A DNA stretch of 56,928 nt, filler included, from Jimgerdemannia flammicorona (Eukaryota): the NCBI GenBank assembly GCA_003990765.1. It is 2 parts of 2 records of this genome, joined end to end, with 100 filler letters (N's around TTAATTAATTAA, not from the genome) between each part and the next. Parts side by side here need not be neighbours in the genome. Positions count along the whole stretch, not along the records: positions 1 to 28,415 come from RBNJ01000562.1; 1 more part is not named here. The stretch is one strand, 5' to 3'. Of the stretch, positions 1-13,176 are shown one piece after another. The position numbers were made by a program, and so were the translations under genes. Every line of letters starts with the position of its first letter. The stretch's first letter is position 1. Under the pieces are notes generated by a model that worked only from the letters and a program-made list of their open reading frames with translations, did no database searches and had not been told where the DNA came from.

Positions 1-1
1 A

Positions 2-2792
2 AAAGGCCGCACTGACAAGCCAGATGCAGCCAGGACTCACTGGTTTGCCCACCGATATATTCCTAAACGTCCTCCACCTGCCAAAGAAGTCAATCACAAC
101 ATCTCAGACAGCAACAATCCACAGGTCGGCCCAACTTCAACTGGTACCCCGGAATCCGCGAAATTTGTATATGGCAATATCATTATGGAAGAATCGGAAC
201 CACACATTCAACCCAATGAAGCTGAACCATATGTCTGGATTGTCAATGCCTTGGCCACGGAGATCATTCTTGAAATACCTTATGAAAATCTTATAAAAGT
301 TGGTATAATCGGCCGCGGTAACTACGGGACAGTGTATAAGGCTAGGTGTAAAGGACATGAATCGCCATTTGTTGCTGTCAAGGATTTTTTGGATTTGAGC
401 GACATGGTTCACGACATTCAAGTTTTTATCACATTGGGAAAGGACGACCACATTATCAAGCTTTATGGTATCACAAAGTAAGTTATCTTATTGTCATTTT
501 AGAAAGATATATATTGTTGATATCAATGATTAACATTTTGTTTATTCTGAATAGGAATCCTGAAACAAAGCAATATGAAATCGTTATGGAATACGCAGAG
601 AGGGGGAATATGCATGACTTCTGGGATGTAACAAAAAACATTTCGCTACCATGGTCAACGAGAATAAAAATGGCGTATGGTTTGGCATGTGGGTTGCAGC
701 ATATGCATGCCAAAGGAATCGTACATCGAGGTATTTGCATTTATGCTCTGGATGTATAGGGTAGTTCTTGTTCCCTTATATGTTATTGACAAAGTAGTAT
801 ATTTTATTAGGGTTGGATTGCGAGAATGTTCTCATCCGCAAAGATGGCTCGGTAGCACTGACTGGCTTCAGTCTGAGCGGACTCAGCAGCTCAACGACAA
901 ACGTTCGCATCCGGGAGCAGCTGGATTATATCGATGGAGTGCAAGTAGATTTCGAGAAGAGCGATATCTATAGCCTTGGAATTCTGTTGTGGGAGATTTT
1001 ATATGAGAAGCGTGCCTTCGAGGACAACTACAATCCAGACCTCCTCGAAAATATCATGAATGGCCTCCGACCAGGAATGGACACAGATACCGTATTACCG
1101 ATGAAAAATGTCCCACTTGATTACATTCGACTCTATGAGGTATGTTGGAATATCGACGTGTTTGTTTGGCCACCCGTAGATGCCGTGGTGTCCAGGTTGC
1201 GAAACTTGAAGTCTGCTGAAGAAGATCGTGAGTTCAACTGGGAACTATTGGAGAGCGTCTGGCTAGGCCTGGAAGACCAAGGAAAAACAGGTTCGTGTGA
1301 TGAGTTTATTCCATCATTTAATTTCTGCAGTTGGTTCGCATAGGTTGTTCAATATATTTTTGCTACATATCACAGGAATTGATATCAACAAAGAGCTGGA
1401 GAAATTAGGGTTGGACATCATCGCTTTTGAAAATCTGTTCTTCACTCAAAAGAATGCTTGCAGGGGTGGGTTTGCAGATATCCACATGGGTGTTTTGAGC
1501 ATCGAAAAAAGTATAAAAGTTGAGGTAGCTGTCAAAGCACAACTGAAACGTGCAACGGATATAATACAAGAAGTGCGCATTCTCAAAGTAGTGAATGGCC
1601 ATCCAAATATTGTCCAATTTTGTGGTATTACAAGGTAATTATATCTTGGTGAATTTTGTGTGATTAAAATCTGATATTACAAATATGAAAAAGTCTCTGA
1701 TGTTTTTTTTTTATTTTTTTATTTTTTTTTTAGAGATGCTGCTTTGAACGATTATATTGTCATGCGTATGGCTCGGTCATGTCTTCAGAAATATATTCAT
1801 TGTAACAAGGCGTTTTATGGAAAGCCATGGGCTGAAAAGGTCAAGATTGCATTGGATATTGCACAAGGGTTACAATTCCTTCACCAACACCACATTATTC
1901 ACTGTGACATGCATAGTGGTAATATCCTGATAGACAATGTAAGTGCATCACGAATATCTCATGTTCGATTACCTGTAATCGGATGTTCATTTTTTATTAC
2001 AAATTCGTACAGGATGGGTCTGCTCTTCTCACCGACTTTGGGCTGAGCCGAACATTCGAGGAGGCGCAGCACCCGGAATTCCGAATCAAGATCTACGGCC
2101 GACTTGCATACATCGCTCCTGAACTCTGGAGGAAACCACCACCGCCATACAACTACCGGCATGACATTTTTGGCTTTGGTGTCTTGTGTTGGGAGATTGC
2201 GTCATCAGAATTTCCAGGCAGCAATGACAGAGCAGTCAACCCTAACCGTTTGAAGCCTGTGCCACTGTGTCCCAGCCTTGAATACCAAAACCTGTACCGA
2301 CGTTGTGGATCAGCGCAGCCTAAGGAGCGACCTGAGATGGAAGAGATCACCGGCACTCTAAAATCGGTGCATGAACAGTTTCTACTGCATTCTACTCATG
2401 ACGTCTCCGTGGCCCCGGTGGACATTCCACGTATCAAAGAAGATGCGATTCCAGACAGTATGCGCCAGAATTTGGATGGTTTAGTTAGTATGTCTTCGTT
2501 GGTGTTGGAGACCTCACGTGTCCAATTAGCTGATCAAAATGACTTTTTGACAATGGTGAACGGGCGACATGTTATGGTTAGCGCTTCGAGCGGGACAAGA
2601 CCAGGAAGAGACCAGAATGTTCCTTTCGAAATATCAACTACAGTTAATCGTCGTCCTGTTGAGACCGGACACCCCGTTGGAACAGGGACGTCCCCTCGTC
2701 CCATCGGAACCGGGACGCCAGGTCGAGCTCCGCCCCCCCACCCTGTGACGGAGAATGAACACCTTTCCGAGAATAGGGAAATGATACCATAA
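2..2792 (+). CDS. Tandem protein kinase (TKL-like): N-terminal pseudokinase plus C-terminal kinase; 5'-partial; exons <2-477, 555-730, 811-1290, 1376-1634, 1734-1938, 2013-2792
   Basis: Five GT-AG introns (478-554, 731-810, 1291-1375, 1635-1733, 1939-2012) join the listed ORFs in frame. Domain 1: GRGNYG, VAVK, HRGLDCEN, LTGFS, SDIYSLG. Domain 2: VAVK, HCDMHSGN, DFG, APE, DIFGFG. The frame is open from base 2, so the start may lie upstream. CpG content is normal here. Confidence 0.9.
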
Positions 2793-3377
2793 TCTATGAA
2801 TATATAATAAATATATATCCTGATATCTAACATTTTCCTTAAAAGTCTAAAATGGCAAGGATAAGGGGTCTGTCTCAGAGGTTACTTTAGTTTTTTCCTT
2901 ACTCATTCCACTTTCCCTTCCCTCCTATTTTTCATTCACTCTCTTTACTTTTCCTTCTAGGAAATTAGGTTACAATTTGAGTTATATCATTCTTACTTCA
3001 ATTTCATTTTCGCCAATTGATGATCCATGAAAATTTGCCAAGCCTTGGTGTTGTATTATTGGATCATCAGAAGTTTCAGCCTAATAAACCTGGTTGGTTT
3101 TTGTGTGCTTACATTCATTTATCCAGCAGCGATATTCAGAAACCATCCCCGATGCCTTAGAAACCTAAACAAATGTTATTAAAATGATTTATTCATGTAT
3201 TTGGGTGAGTATGCAGTGACTGAAAACTGGTCGAATCACACCGAAGAAAAGGTGTGATAAATGCCTTAAAGTAAAATCGGGACACTTCTAAGAACAGCAT
3301 TCAGGGCTTTGATGTTCCCAACAATAGGGTTCTGAATTCATTGCTTCTTATCGGCGATGGTCCTGATGGCGAAGTCA

Positions 3378-6300
3378 ATGAGTGGGCTCGGTTGAAACCA
3401 CAGGTCAATGATTGCAGGAATGTCTTTGGCGCCAATGTCTTTGGCGCCAATGTCTTTGGCGCGTACGCCTTGTCTGTGTTTCTGTTTTGGGGCAGTGGCG
3501 GGATAATGTAATGTTTTAATTTGCATTGCGAGCGTATATTCCTATTTGGGTAATCTCTAACATTAGGTGCTTTACGCTAGTTCTATTCATCATTCTAAGC
3601 TCAATACATTACTCCCTATGCTCTATTTACATTCACCACATATACATTCACTCTCGCTTTCATCTAACTATACTCTTATAAGCTCCTCATGGTTCTCGCC
3701 ATCAACTCTTATCCCCTTTGCCAGCATGACCATTCAAATATATCAAAAGGGCAACATGAACTAGGGTCAGTAGTCTGTCCATTCTGCTACAATGTTCCAT
3801 TCATTGAACTTTCTTCAAGATGACCTCAATAAGAATAATCCTGACATCAGCTCATTGATTATGTACCTTGAGGACCTCTCTGATAATATTTCATTTACTT
3901 CTCTACAATGATCAATCTGTCTCTCTACTTATGTATTATTCAAAGCCCCTGTATATGCTACTACTTCTCTGCCATTATAGTTTACATCTGCCAGTATATC
4001 ATTCTCTCTTGACCACTCTGTTGAGGATAGTGTGACTTATCTTCCAGAATGAGTCATTGCTCAGGACTGCTATTTGATGAACTTCTCTATCTATTTTAGT
4101 CTTGTTCTTCCAGTGATAACCTCATACCATCTCTATCTATAGATGCTCTCTGACTCTCTGGTATCTCTGCTCTAGTTGTTGATTAAGTTGTCATTAATTA
4201 TGTTACCATTTTATTGTCAGCCACTATTGTAGTTACACTCATTCCTCTAGTAGCTATTTCTATCTTAACTCTCATAGATAGTTTTAACTATTAAACAACT
4301 CACAGAGTAAGTCCTTTTATATTCTTTATATCTTTCTTACCACTACTTTATACTATGATTTATAGTATCAATCTTTTGCTTAAATATACTTATATCAACT
4401 AATACTTACTAGCTATAGTCATCAATAACTCCTTCTTTATATTTTTCTCTATCTCTTTCTCAAGTACAATATCTCATCTCTGGGGCTCTCTTTGAGGCTC
4501 AATTTATTGAAATGGTCAATAATTTAGACTCAAGAGTCATCCTGCAGAAACCTCCAGCTATCTTAAAAGACCTATCTGATATTTCAGTATTTCTTATAGC
4601 TTTTCTCACCTACTTTAGCATCTTATACAATACATATCCTGGGCTTATTAAACTTACTCCATTCTTCATCTATACTACTGACTTTATCTTACTATCAATA
4701 TTATCTTTTTGATCTATACTACTTAACTATTATGTCTTCTTTTATATTAAGTAGATTGTTGAAATAGTGAGTAATGATATCAATTTAGTATAGTACTATC
4801 TCTGGGTATATCATATGTAACTCTGATCTGTTCATGGTTCTGAGCCTACACTAATAGTCCTATATATCTATTGTTACTTCTAATCCCTCAGAAAAGTCTA
4901 CAACTCTCCTCACCTCTCTTACTTAGCAGAGGTCTCTACTTTACAGACTTCTGAAGATACATTTAGTAGGCTTATATATCATGTCTACAACTATATCATA
5001 TTTAATAGTTTTTCTGCTAGAGGTCTTGACTGTTGATAGAAAAGCTACATGTATATCCATATCTGCATCTATTGTAGTAAAGACTACTGATAGCTATACT
5101 GCTTTTGTAACCCCTTATTTTATCTCTAGAAACATATCTCCTTTGAGTTTTCCTTCACTCTCTCTCCTCATCTCTAATGTCTAATTATATTATCTTCTGA
5201 TAATGCTACTCTAGTTAACTTATATTTTTTTTTACTACTTCTTTTCATTATTTGCTACTATATAGATGTGTGAACTACAATCCTACCCTAATCAGTCTGT
5301 ATCTCAGACTACTATTGATATTATTTCATTTAGCATTCTGCTCAATTTTGATAGCTCTAGATGTTATCTCCTCATCCATAACTATCACTCTACCTTAGAC
5401 TACTCTGATGCTATTATCTAGGATATTGTATAGAAAGTATCAGTAGGATATATCTGTGACTCATTCTTCTCTCTACCTTTTCTGAATTTCTGATTATCCC
5501 CTTTAGGCACTGTTGTAAAGAAGAACTCCAATACTATCTAGTATCACATTCATAATCTCTCCTAGCCTCACAAGTGTAGATTAGTGAATACTGATATTGA
5601 TCATGATATATTTCAGCTATTATATATTTATTTTGATAATGTTCTAGATCTAGTTTATCAGCTCATCTATGGGTGCCTTTTATTGAAGATTGATCTGACT
5701 GATGCATGTTATTACATTCTCATTCACTCTACTGACAGAGAGCTACTTGGTTTTAAATAGATAAGACAGTTCTACTTTGATCAGTTTATCTCTTTCAGTA
5801 CCTTTTCTCTTCAATTTTTTTGTAAAACTCCTTATATAGATGGCTCTTTAGTAGGGTCTTTGATCTTTCATTCACTATGTTGATAACTTCTTACTGGTCT
5901 CTACCTCTATTCTTAAGGTTGCCAACCAGAAGCTACAATCATTCCTATTACTTAGCTATAAGCTTTATTGGTCAACATAGAACTATAAGATGAAGGGGTC
6001 TACTATATCTCTAGTCTTCCTAGATATTGAACCTGATTCAGTCACTATGGAAGCTCATCTTCTTGCTGGAAAAATTGACATAATTATGAAATATTTGTAC
6101 TAATAGTCAATATACTCAATATATATAAGACCACAACTTCAATCTCTGATTGGTCTATTGGTATTCACAATCAATATTATCTCTCCCAGTCACCTATTCC
6201 TTTACCAATTCATCAATCACATTACTGACAACTCTGCCTTCTATATCTACTTATAGTTAACTTTTATGCTGATATATTATGATGACTTAAGTTTCTCCTA

Positions 6301-7472
6301 TGATAGAATAGCATCTCTATCATTTATTTAGTCAACTGGTCTCACTCTCTCAATTTCTAGCTCTGGACTAATATCAGTAGTAATTTTGGCTTTAGAGTAT
6401 ATTACGAGAACTCTTTGTTCTCTACCCTCTGGCCCCTCAATCTCTTTCCATATGATATTCAATTTAAGGAGCTATATATAGTCATCACTATTACTATAAC
6501 ATTACTGATCATTCAGTTGAATCTTACTTTATATAGAAAACAAAGTTATTATTGCTATTATCAATTCTGAAACCTCTCAGAATCCTCTTCTTCTTGAGCT
6601 ACTGTACTAGCTTTACTTTCTTATAGTATCTTATATATTTCAACTCTTTACTATATATATCTCTATGGTCAATAATAGTATTGCTAACACTCTATCTTAC
6701 TCTGACCTACTCTGATTTCACTGTCTTATTCTCTATATACAGATATTCTTAATACAGATTGGTTTTATCTATATACTGTATTTCTCTCTGTTATTGCCTT
6801 CTTTCTGTAGTTTAGCCTCACAAAATCAATATACCACTCATACTCATTGAGATAATACAGTTTCCTTTAGTTCTATACCCTCTATAATAGTAATTATAGA
6901 TCTGACTATACCAGTATCTATAATGCTCTCTCTATATCTGAGCTGGTATTAATATACTAAATATGCTCTTATACCTAATATTATTTGCAACTACCTATCA
7001 TCAAAAATTATCTCTTAACTATTTGATCTCTCCATATTAACTCTGACTTTACTGACTCATTTGTTAGCCTTCAATAGCTCACTCATATAATATATAATAT
7101 AAAATACTAGCTCAGACTGTACTTGTCTTACTCTTGATTATTAATTACAATTAACATTCTATACTATCTCCTCACTCTTCTATACTTATCTGATTTTAAT
7201 GATTTCAACTTTGTCTTGATAATATCTCTCACATATATTGGCTTTTTATGATCTAGTAAATTTAGGTGAAACCTTTCTTTCAATATATTTCACTATGTAG
7301 CTCAATGCTGTATCATCTTCTACCCTCATATCACAGATCCTATATATATTATTTTTACTCTAACAGCATTCAAAACAGATCTCTTTCAACAGAATTGCTC
7401 TCTGTTCATTGGCTGAATGGCCCCTGACATTTTCTACATTATCTCACTCTTATGCTTATTATTCCTTATATT
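3378..7472 (+). mobile_element. Heavily decayed tyrosine-recombinase retrotransposon (DIRS order, Ngaro-like), copy 1, 3'-truncated
   Basis: Colinear with copy 2: same 5' terminal motif (3378-3426), gag start MVLAINSYPLCQHDHSNISKGQH at 3689, RT HYVDNF (~5873), RNase H LWTNISS (~6361), YR GFL*SSKF (~7240) and FKTDLF (~7369). Many stops; ends where copy 2 begins. Confidence 0.8.
3419..3462. repeat. 15-bp tandem repeat AATGTCTTTGGCGCC x3
   Basis: Copies at 3419, 3434 and 3449, inside the 5' terminal region of YR copy 1. Confidence 0.95.
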
Positions 7473-7720
7473 ATGAGGGGGCTCGCTCGAGACCACAGGT
7501 CAATGAATGCAGGAATGTCTTGAGTGTATAGTGCCTAAAATGTTTCAACACTATTGTTTGTCTAAGGCATTTCTAAATCAGGCGTAGTCTTTCCTTTTTT
7601 GGTACTAACATGATATGCACATTACTTCTATATGTAATTCTACCATTTACCCAATATTACTTTATATGTACTTTACACTTACGCTTTTGCACTTTCATAC
7701 ATTCATATGTATTTCATTAT
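7473..7720 (+). repeat. Split direct repeat A1
   Basis: Direct repeat of 12663-12910 (offset 5190); differences are mostly transitions. Confidence 0.9.
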
Positions 7721-7726
7721 ATTACC

Positions 7727-9180
7727 ATGATTCTCTCTGCAAATTCCTGCCTTTTGTGTCAATATGACCCTTCCCATATATCAAAGGGCCAACATGACCT
7801 GGGCTCTGCCACCTGCTCTTTCCACTCAGACGTTAATTTCATCAAGCATATGCTCTGCTTTCTGTAAGATGACCTGGAATCTGATAGTGAGAACCCCAAT
7901 ATTGCTATCCTTGTGGATTATCTCACCACTCTCCCTAATCACTCTACTTCTGCACCCTGCTGAATCACGCATCTATCAGCACATGCTACATCCAAGGTTC
8001 CCACTAGTGATATGGCAGCTGGACTAGTTTTTTTCAGCACACCAGCCTCTGATGTTTTCCATCGAAGCCAGTATTGCTCAGCTCCAAGAGCATGCATCCA
8101 CACAAGACTGTCAGTTCAATGAACTTTTTCAGCTTTTATGCTCTCTCCCCGACATCATATCTTTGGCAGCACCAGCTAGTGCAGTTCCTGCCATTTCTGG
8201 TCAGGACGTATCTCTCATCATCGATCAAGCCTTTATCGATCATGCTACTGCCTCTCTTTTGGCAGTTCTCACATCCCCATCCTCATTCCAGCTCTTACTG
8301 ACTATCCCTTTGGTTCAGTCCACCAGCATTCACAGCCCTGCTAGTAATCCCCAGGGTGAGTCTATCCCTATACCTCCTTCTGTCATCTCTGCCCATACCA
8401 TTGTCCGAGGCATCAATCTCTCTTTAAAATATGCCCATGTTAATTAACGGCTGTTGGTCATGGTCATTGACAATTCATTCACCACTGTATTGCTTGGCCA
8501 TTTCTTGGAGCGAAACATTGTTTCTATCGATGGTCTTTCTGATGCTCAATTCATCGAAACATTTGACAAATTGAGTGCTCAGATCATTCTTTGAAAGCCA
8601 CCATCTCTTATCAAAGATCTTCCAGATGTCTCTGCTTTCCTCACTGCTCTGCTTATGTATTTCAGTATCTTTATGATGTATACCTGGGTCTCACCAATCC
8701 TACTCCATTCTTTTCATATGCCATGGATTTTATTTACTATCAACATCATCATATTGGTCTGTGCTTCTTGATTATCATGTCTCCTTTTACACAAAATGAC
8801 TGGCAGAGATCGCAAACGATAGTGATTCTTTGGTATGGTGCGAGCACTGGGCCCAGCATAACCCTGACCTCTTTATGATCCTTAGTCTACATCAACATCC
8901 GTGAACTTTGACCTCTACATCTAATCTGCTTAAGCCCTTCAAGTCTCGTAATGTACAATGGGGGCTACATCTTACTGATGGCTCCTCTGCTCTATCTACT
9001 GAGAACGCCTCTCAATGGTCTACTTGTCAGGCATACAATGGTATTCTATTTGATGGATCACCCATGAAGGATCCTGGATGCAACAGAAAAGAATGCCCTT
9101 ATGTGCATTCCTGTTCTCGCTACAATGGTGATCATCTATAGTATCGATGCTCCCACAATCCATTGTCTCACCCCTAGGAA
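7727..9180 (+). pseudogene. gag: gag-like ORF of YR element
   Basis: N-terminal CLLCQ..H..KGQH..G..C motif; C-terminal Cys/His finger CQAYNG...GCNRKECPYVHSCSRYNGDH; stops present; end approximate. Confidence 0.65.
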
Positions 9181-9299
9181 CTCACCCCCATTTATTCTTT
9201 ACACATACCCCCGGCTGCTCCAAATACCCTACTCTGTCGCCCATTTACCACTCCTCTTAATGAAGCTGCTCAAGACATTCTATGTTGTTTTCCTCTTCC

Positions 9300-10860
9300 T
9301 TCTTCCACTCTTCACTCTGTTGCATAGGTGCATGAGCTTCAGTTGTATCCTGACCCACAGGTAGCTCAGACTGTCATTGCCACTATTACTCAAGGTGCTC
9401 TTCTCAGCTTTGATTGACCTTGTCGACACCTGCTGTCCTACAATCATCACTCCACTCTTGACCACCTGAAAGCAATTATATCTGACATCAAGTGGGAAGT
9501 CGCTGCTGGTAGAATTTGTGGCCCATTCTCATCTCCTTCATTTGAATGCTTTTGCTCATCTCCTCTCAGTGCCATCACGAAGAAGAATTCTAATAGTATA
9601 TAGCATCATATTTATGACCTTTCTTGGCCCCATCATGGCAATTTGGTAAATGCCAGCATAGATACTGACACCTTTTCGCTCTCTTACATTAAGTTCAATG
9701 AGGCTTTGGACTTGGTTCATTGTTTTGGCCAGAGATATCTTCTATCGAAGGTCGACCTCACCAATGTATATTGTCATATTCTCATCTATCTTACAGATTG
9801 GGAGTCGCTGGGTTTTGAGTGGTTGGGGCCATTTTATTTCAATTGGTTCACTCCTTTTGGCTCATCCTCATCACTATTTCTTTTCAACCTTTTCGCAGAA
9901 CTTCTTGCATGGATCGCCCACCATCATGACATATGCATGCTCATCCACTACATCGATGATTTTCTCCTCGTTTCACCACTGTTTCAGCCGTTTGCCCTCT
10001 CTGACCTACATTTACTTGTTGCCATCTGTCATCATTTTGACTGGTCAATTTAAGAGTGCAAGGTCGAAGGCCTCACAATATCACTCATCTTTCTGGGTAT
10101 CGAATTGGATACAATAGCTATAGAAGCCCACCTGCCTCTCAGTAAGCTTGACACATTGCTCGCCACTCTTCAGCAGTAGCTATCATACACATTATGTACA
10201 TGCCCTCAACTGCAGTCTCTTATTAGTTCCTTGGCATTTTCCTGTAAAATCATTCTGCTGGGCCACCCATTTCTGCAGTGGTTTATTGACCTTCTTTCTG
10301 GCAATGCCTCATTCCATATCTCACTGAATGAGGAATTCTATGCCAATATTCATTGGTGGCTCAAATTCCTACCCCACTGGAATAGTATTTCCATTATATA
10401 TCTGGTGGCATGGTTCCATGAGCCTGATGCACAATTATAGACAGACACCAGTGGGATCCAAGGCTTTGGTGCACATTTCAATAGCAAATGGTTTTCCACT
10501 CCCTGGCCTCCCAATACAGCCTTATGCGACATTTAGTTCAAGGAACTTTATGCTGTGGTCGCTGCCGCTGCTACCTGGGGTGCTCAATGGTGTTTTCACC
10601 ATATATTGCTTCATTCTGATAATCAGGCAGTCATAACTATTATCAACTCAGGCTCTTCATACAACCCTCTTCTGCTGGAACTTCTCCACCAGCTCTATTT
10701 TCAAATGGTGCATCACACTTTTCAACTTTGTGCCATATTCATCTTGATGTCCAATAATGGCATTGCTGATGCTTTATTCCATACTGATCTTCCTCATTTC
10801 TGTCATCTTGCCACTTATGCTCAGATGCTCCTGACCACGATTGGTATCATTTGCATTCTG
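9300..10860 (+). pseudogene. Reverse transcriptase / RNase H of YR element
   Basis: LSKVDLTNVY, PFG, HYIDDF (~9946), FLGIELD, TDTSG, FKELYAV, HSDNQAV, NGIADAL; in-frame stops; start approximate. Confidence 0.85.
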
Positions 10861-11790
10861 CACTTCCACCCATCATTATCTTCTTTTTGTGGTTCAGACT
10901 GGCAAAATCAACATGCCACTCATACTCTTTGGGACAATGCAGCTTCCTCCAATTCTGCAATCTCTATGGTAGTAATCATACCTCTGGCGGACCTTTGCCT
11001 GCATCCGAACTAGTGCTATTGCAGTGGGTCTGTAGCTTGGCCTTGCAACAGCTTCAACCATCCATAATTAAACATTACCTCCCAGCCATTCATTCTCTAC
11101 ACATCGACTCCGGCTTTGCCAATCTGTTCATTGGTCTTCACCAACTTCTCTGAGTGATGCATGACATGAAGCAGTGGCTAGACATATACCCAACTGGACC
11201 TCAGCTTCCTATCATGCTCGGTATTCTTCACAGTCTTATCAGTCTGCTTCGGCTATCTGATTATGACAATCTGCATCTTGTGACTGTGATGTCACTTACA
11301 TATGTCGGTTTTCTTCGCTCTAGCAAATTTATGTGGGACGGGTCTTTCGATCCTATTTCCCAGCTGTTTCACAGCTCTGTGGTCCTTCAACCTAGCATTG
11401 CCAACCCCACTCATATTATGCTCACCCTGCTGGCCTCTAAAATAGACCCATTTCACCAGAGTGCATTACTTTTTATCACCAAAACAGATTCTGCTACACC
11501 ATACATTATATCTTTACTTCATCTTCTTTACTTAGTGCACCTAGCCCCACCTGACACCTCTCTGTTCCAGTATTCTGCAAATCAATTGTTCTCTCAGGCC
11601 TATCTCATTAGTGGTCTTTGCATGTTACTTCCATGGATTAGTCTGAATCTGCTTCTTTATGCTGAGTATAGTTTTTGAATTGGTGTAACATCTGATACCA
11701 CTGCAGCCGGTTTATCCAATTACAAGATTCAGATGTTGAGTCGGTGGGAGAGCATGGCGTTTGAAGGCTATATTCACATGTCTATTTCTC
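10851..11790 (+). pseudogene. Tyrosine recombinase of YR element
   Basis: N-terminal SAM-like region (STCHSYSLG..F, IKHYL.AI.S.H), GFLRSSKF, SKIDPF, EYSF*IG (decayed HSFRIG), LSRWES, FEGYI. Confidence 0.85.
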
Positions 11791-11880
11791 ACATTCTCCA
11801 CCTTTGGGCATTGTTAACTCATAATACTTGTTCTGCTACTCATATTACTTGTGGTTAACAATTTTCCGTTCCTCTTTTTC

Positions 11881-12250
11881 TACCACATAGCCCATGACAC
11901 CAGCTTATTCCAGGTCCTGCGCAGTACATGACACCAGCCTTTACCTCTCCTCATTGACCTTACATTACCATGCAGCTCATGATACCAGCCTTTAATCCAC
12001 CCACCTCAGTCTCTTGCTACCACATAGTTTATGATACTAATCTTTTCTGATATTGTATGGCTCATGACACCGGCCCTCCTTCTTTTCATTATCATGCAGC
12101 TCGCGACACCAGCCTACTTGGACCCCCACACAACTTGCGACACCAGTTCTATCCCTTGATCGCTGGGCTCATTAAATCAGCTTCTTGGCTTTTGCATGAT
12201 TTGCGACACCTGCCCTCAGTTTTAACTGTGTGGCTCGTGACACCAACCAT
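11881..12250 (+). repeat. Array of ~10 copies of a ~24-bp motif (inferred consensus ACCGCGCGGCTCGCGACACCAGCC) with non-repetitive spacers
   Basis: GACACC-type cores at 11896, 11930, 11981, 12033, 12066, 12105, 12139, (~12172 degenerate), 12205, 12239. Confidence 0.8.
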
Positions 12251-12428
12251 ATCATGGACATTGGGCATGGCCTTTCTATTAAACCTTCAGTGCCTTTCTA
12301 TCTTCTACTCTGCTTACATTTCCACATCCATAACCCCCTTTTTACTTCATTTGGGCCAAGTTCTTTCTTTTGGTGCTGCCAACTCACACCACTATACATC
12401 ATCATTCCACACATTTTACATATAATAT

Positions 12429-13176
12429 TTGGGCTGGTCTTTTATACTGTGTATTTCCACCCATATACAAAACAATCAATCATTTATTTGAGGTTTCTTT
12501 CCTAGGATTTCAGAGTGATGTATGTTCATTTCAGTGATATGGAGTTATTGGTATTTTATTACGAAGATTGACATCACATGAGCATAGCATAGTTGATATT
12601 ATGCAAAACGTAGTATAGTTATGCCTCCCTAGTATAGATCGATATTACGGCAAAAACATTGAATGAGAGAGCTCACTCGAGACTACAGGTCAATGAATGC
12701 AAGAAGGTCTTGGACATATAGCACCCAAAATGTTTCAATGCCATTGTTTATCTAAGGTGTTTCTAAATCAGGCATAGTTTTTCCTTTTTTGGTACTAGTG
12801 TGGTATGTACATTACTTCTATATATAATTCTACCATTCACCCAACATTACTTCATATGCACTTTATATTTATGCTTTTGCACTTCCATACATTCATATGC
12901 ATTTCATTATCACCCACCTCACCCTAAATATATATATATAATGGTTGGGCTGGTCTTTTATACTGTGTGTTTCCATCCAAATACAGAACAATCAATCATT
13001 TATTTGAGGTTTCTTTCCTAGGATTTCAGGGTGATACATGGTCATTTCGGTGACACAGGGTTATTGGTGTTTTATCATGAAGATTGACATCACATAAGCG
13101 TAGCATAGTTGATATTATGCAAAATGTAGTATAGTTATGCCTCCCTAGCATAGATTGATATTACAGCAAAAACATT
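12429..13176 (+). repeat. 3' split repeats B1 (12429-12660), A2 (12663-12910), B2 (12945-13176)
   Basis: B1/B2 offset 516, both end in CAAAAACATT; A2 matches A1. Confidence 0.9.

Larger units (their letters stand above)
7473..13176 (+). mobile_element. Tyrosine-recombinase retrotransposon with split direct repeats (A1-gag-RT/RH-YR-B1-A2-B2; Ngaro/PAT-type), full length but pseudogenised
   Basis: A1 7473-7720 matches A2 12663-12910; B1 ~12429-12660 matches B2 ~12945-13176; gag, RT/RNase H and YR motifs lie in the order typical of this group. Confidence 0.9.

Noticed and set aside
3338..3526. 62-aa ORF with AKDIG repeats
   Set aside because: Antisense translation of the 15-bp repeat in the YR terminus
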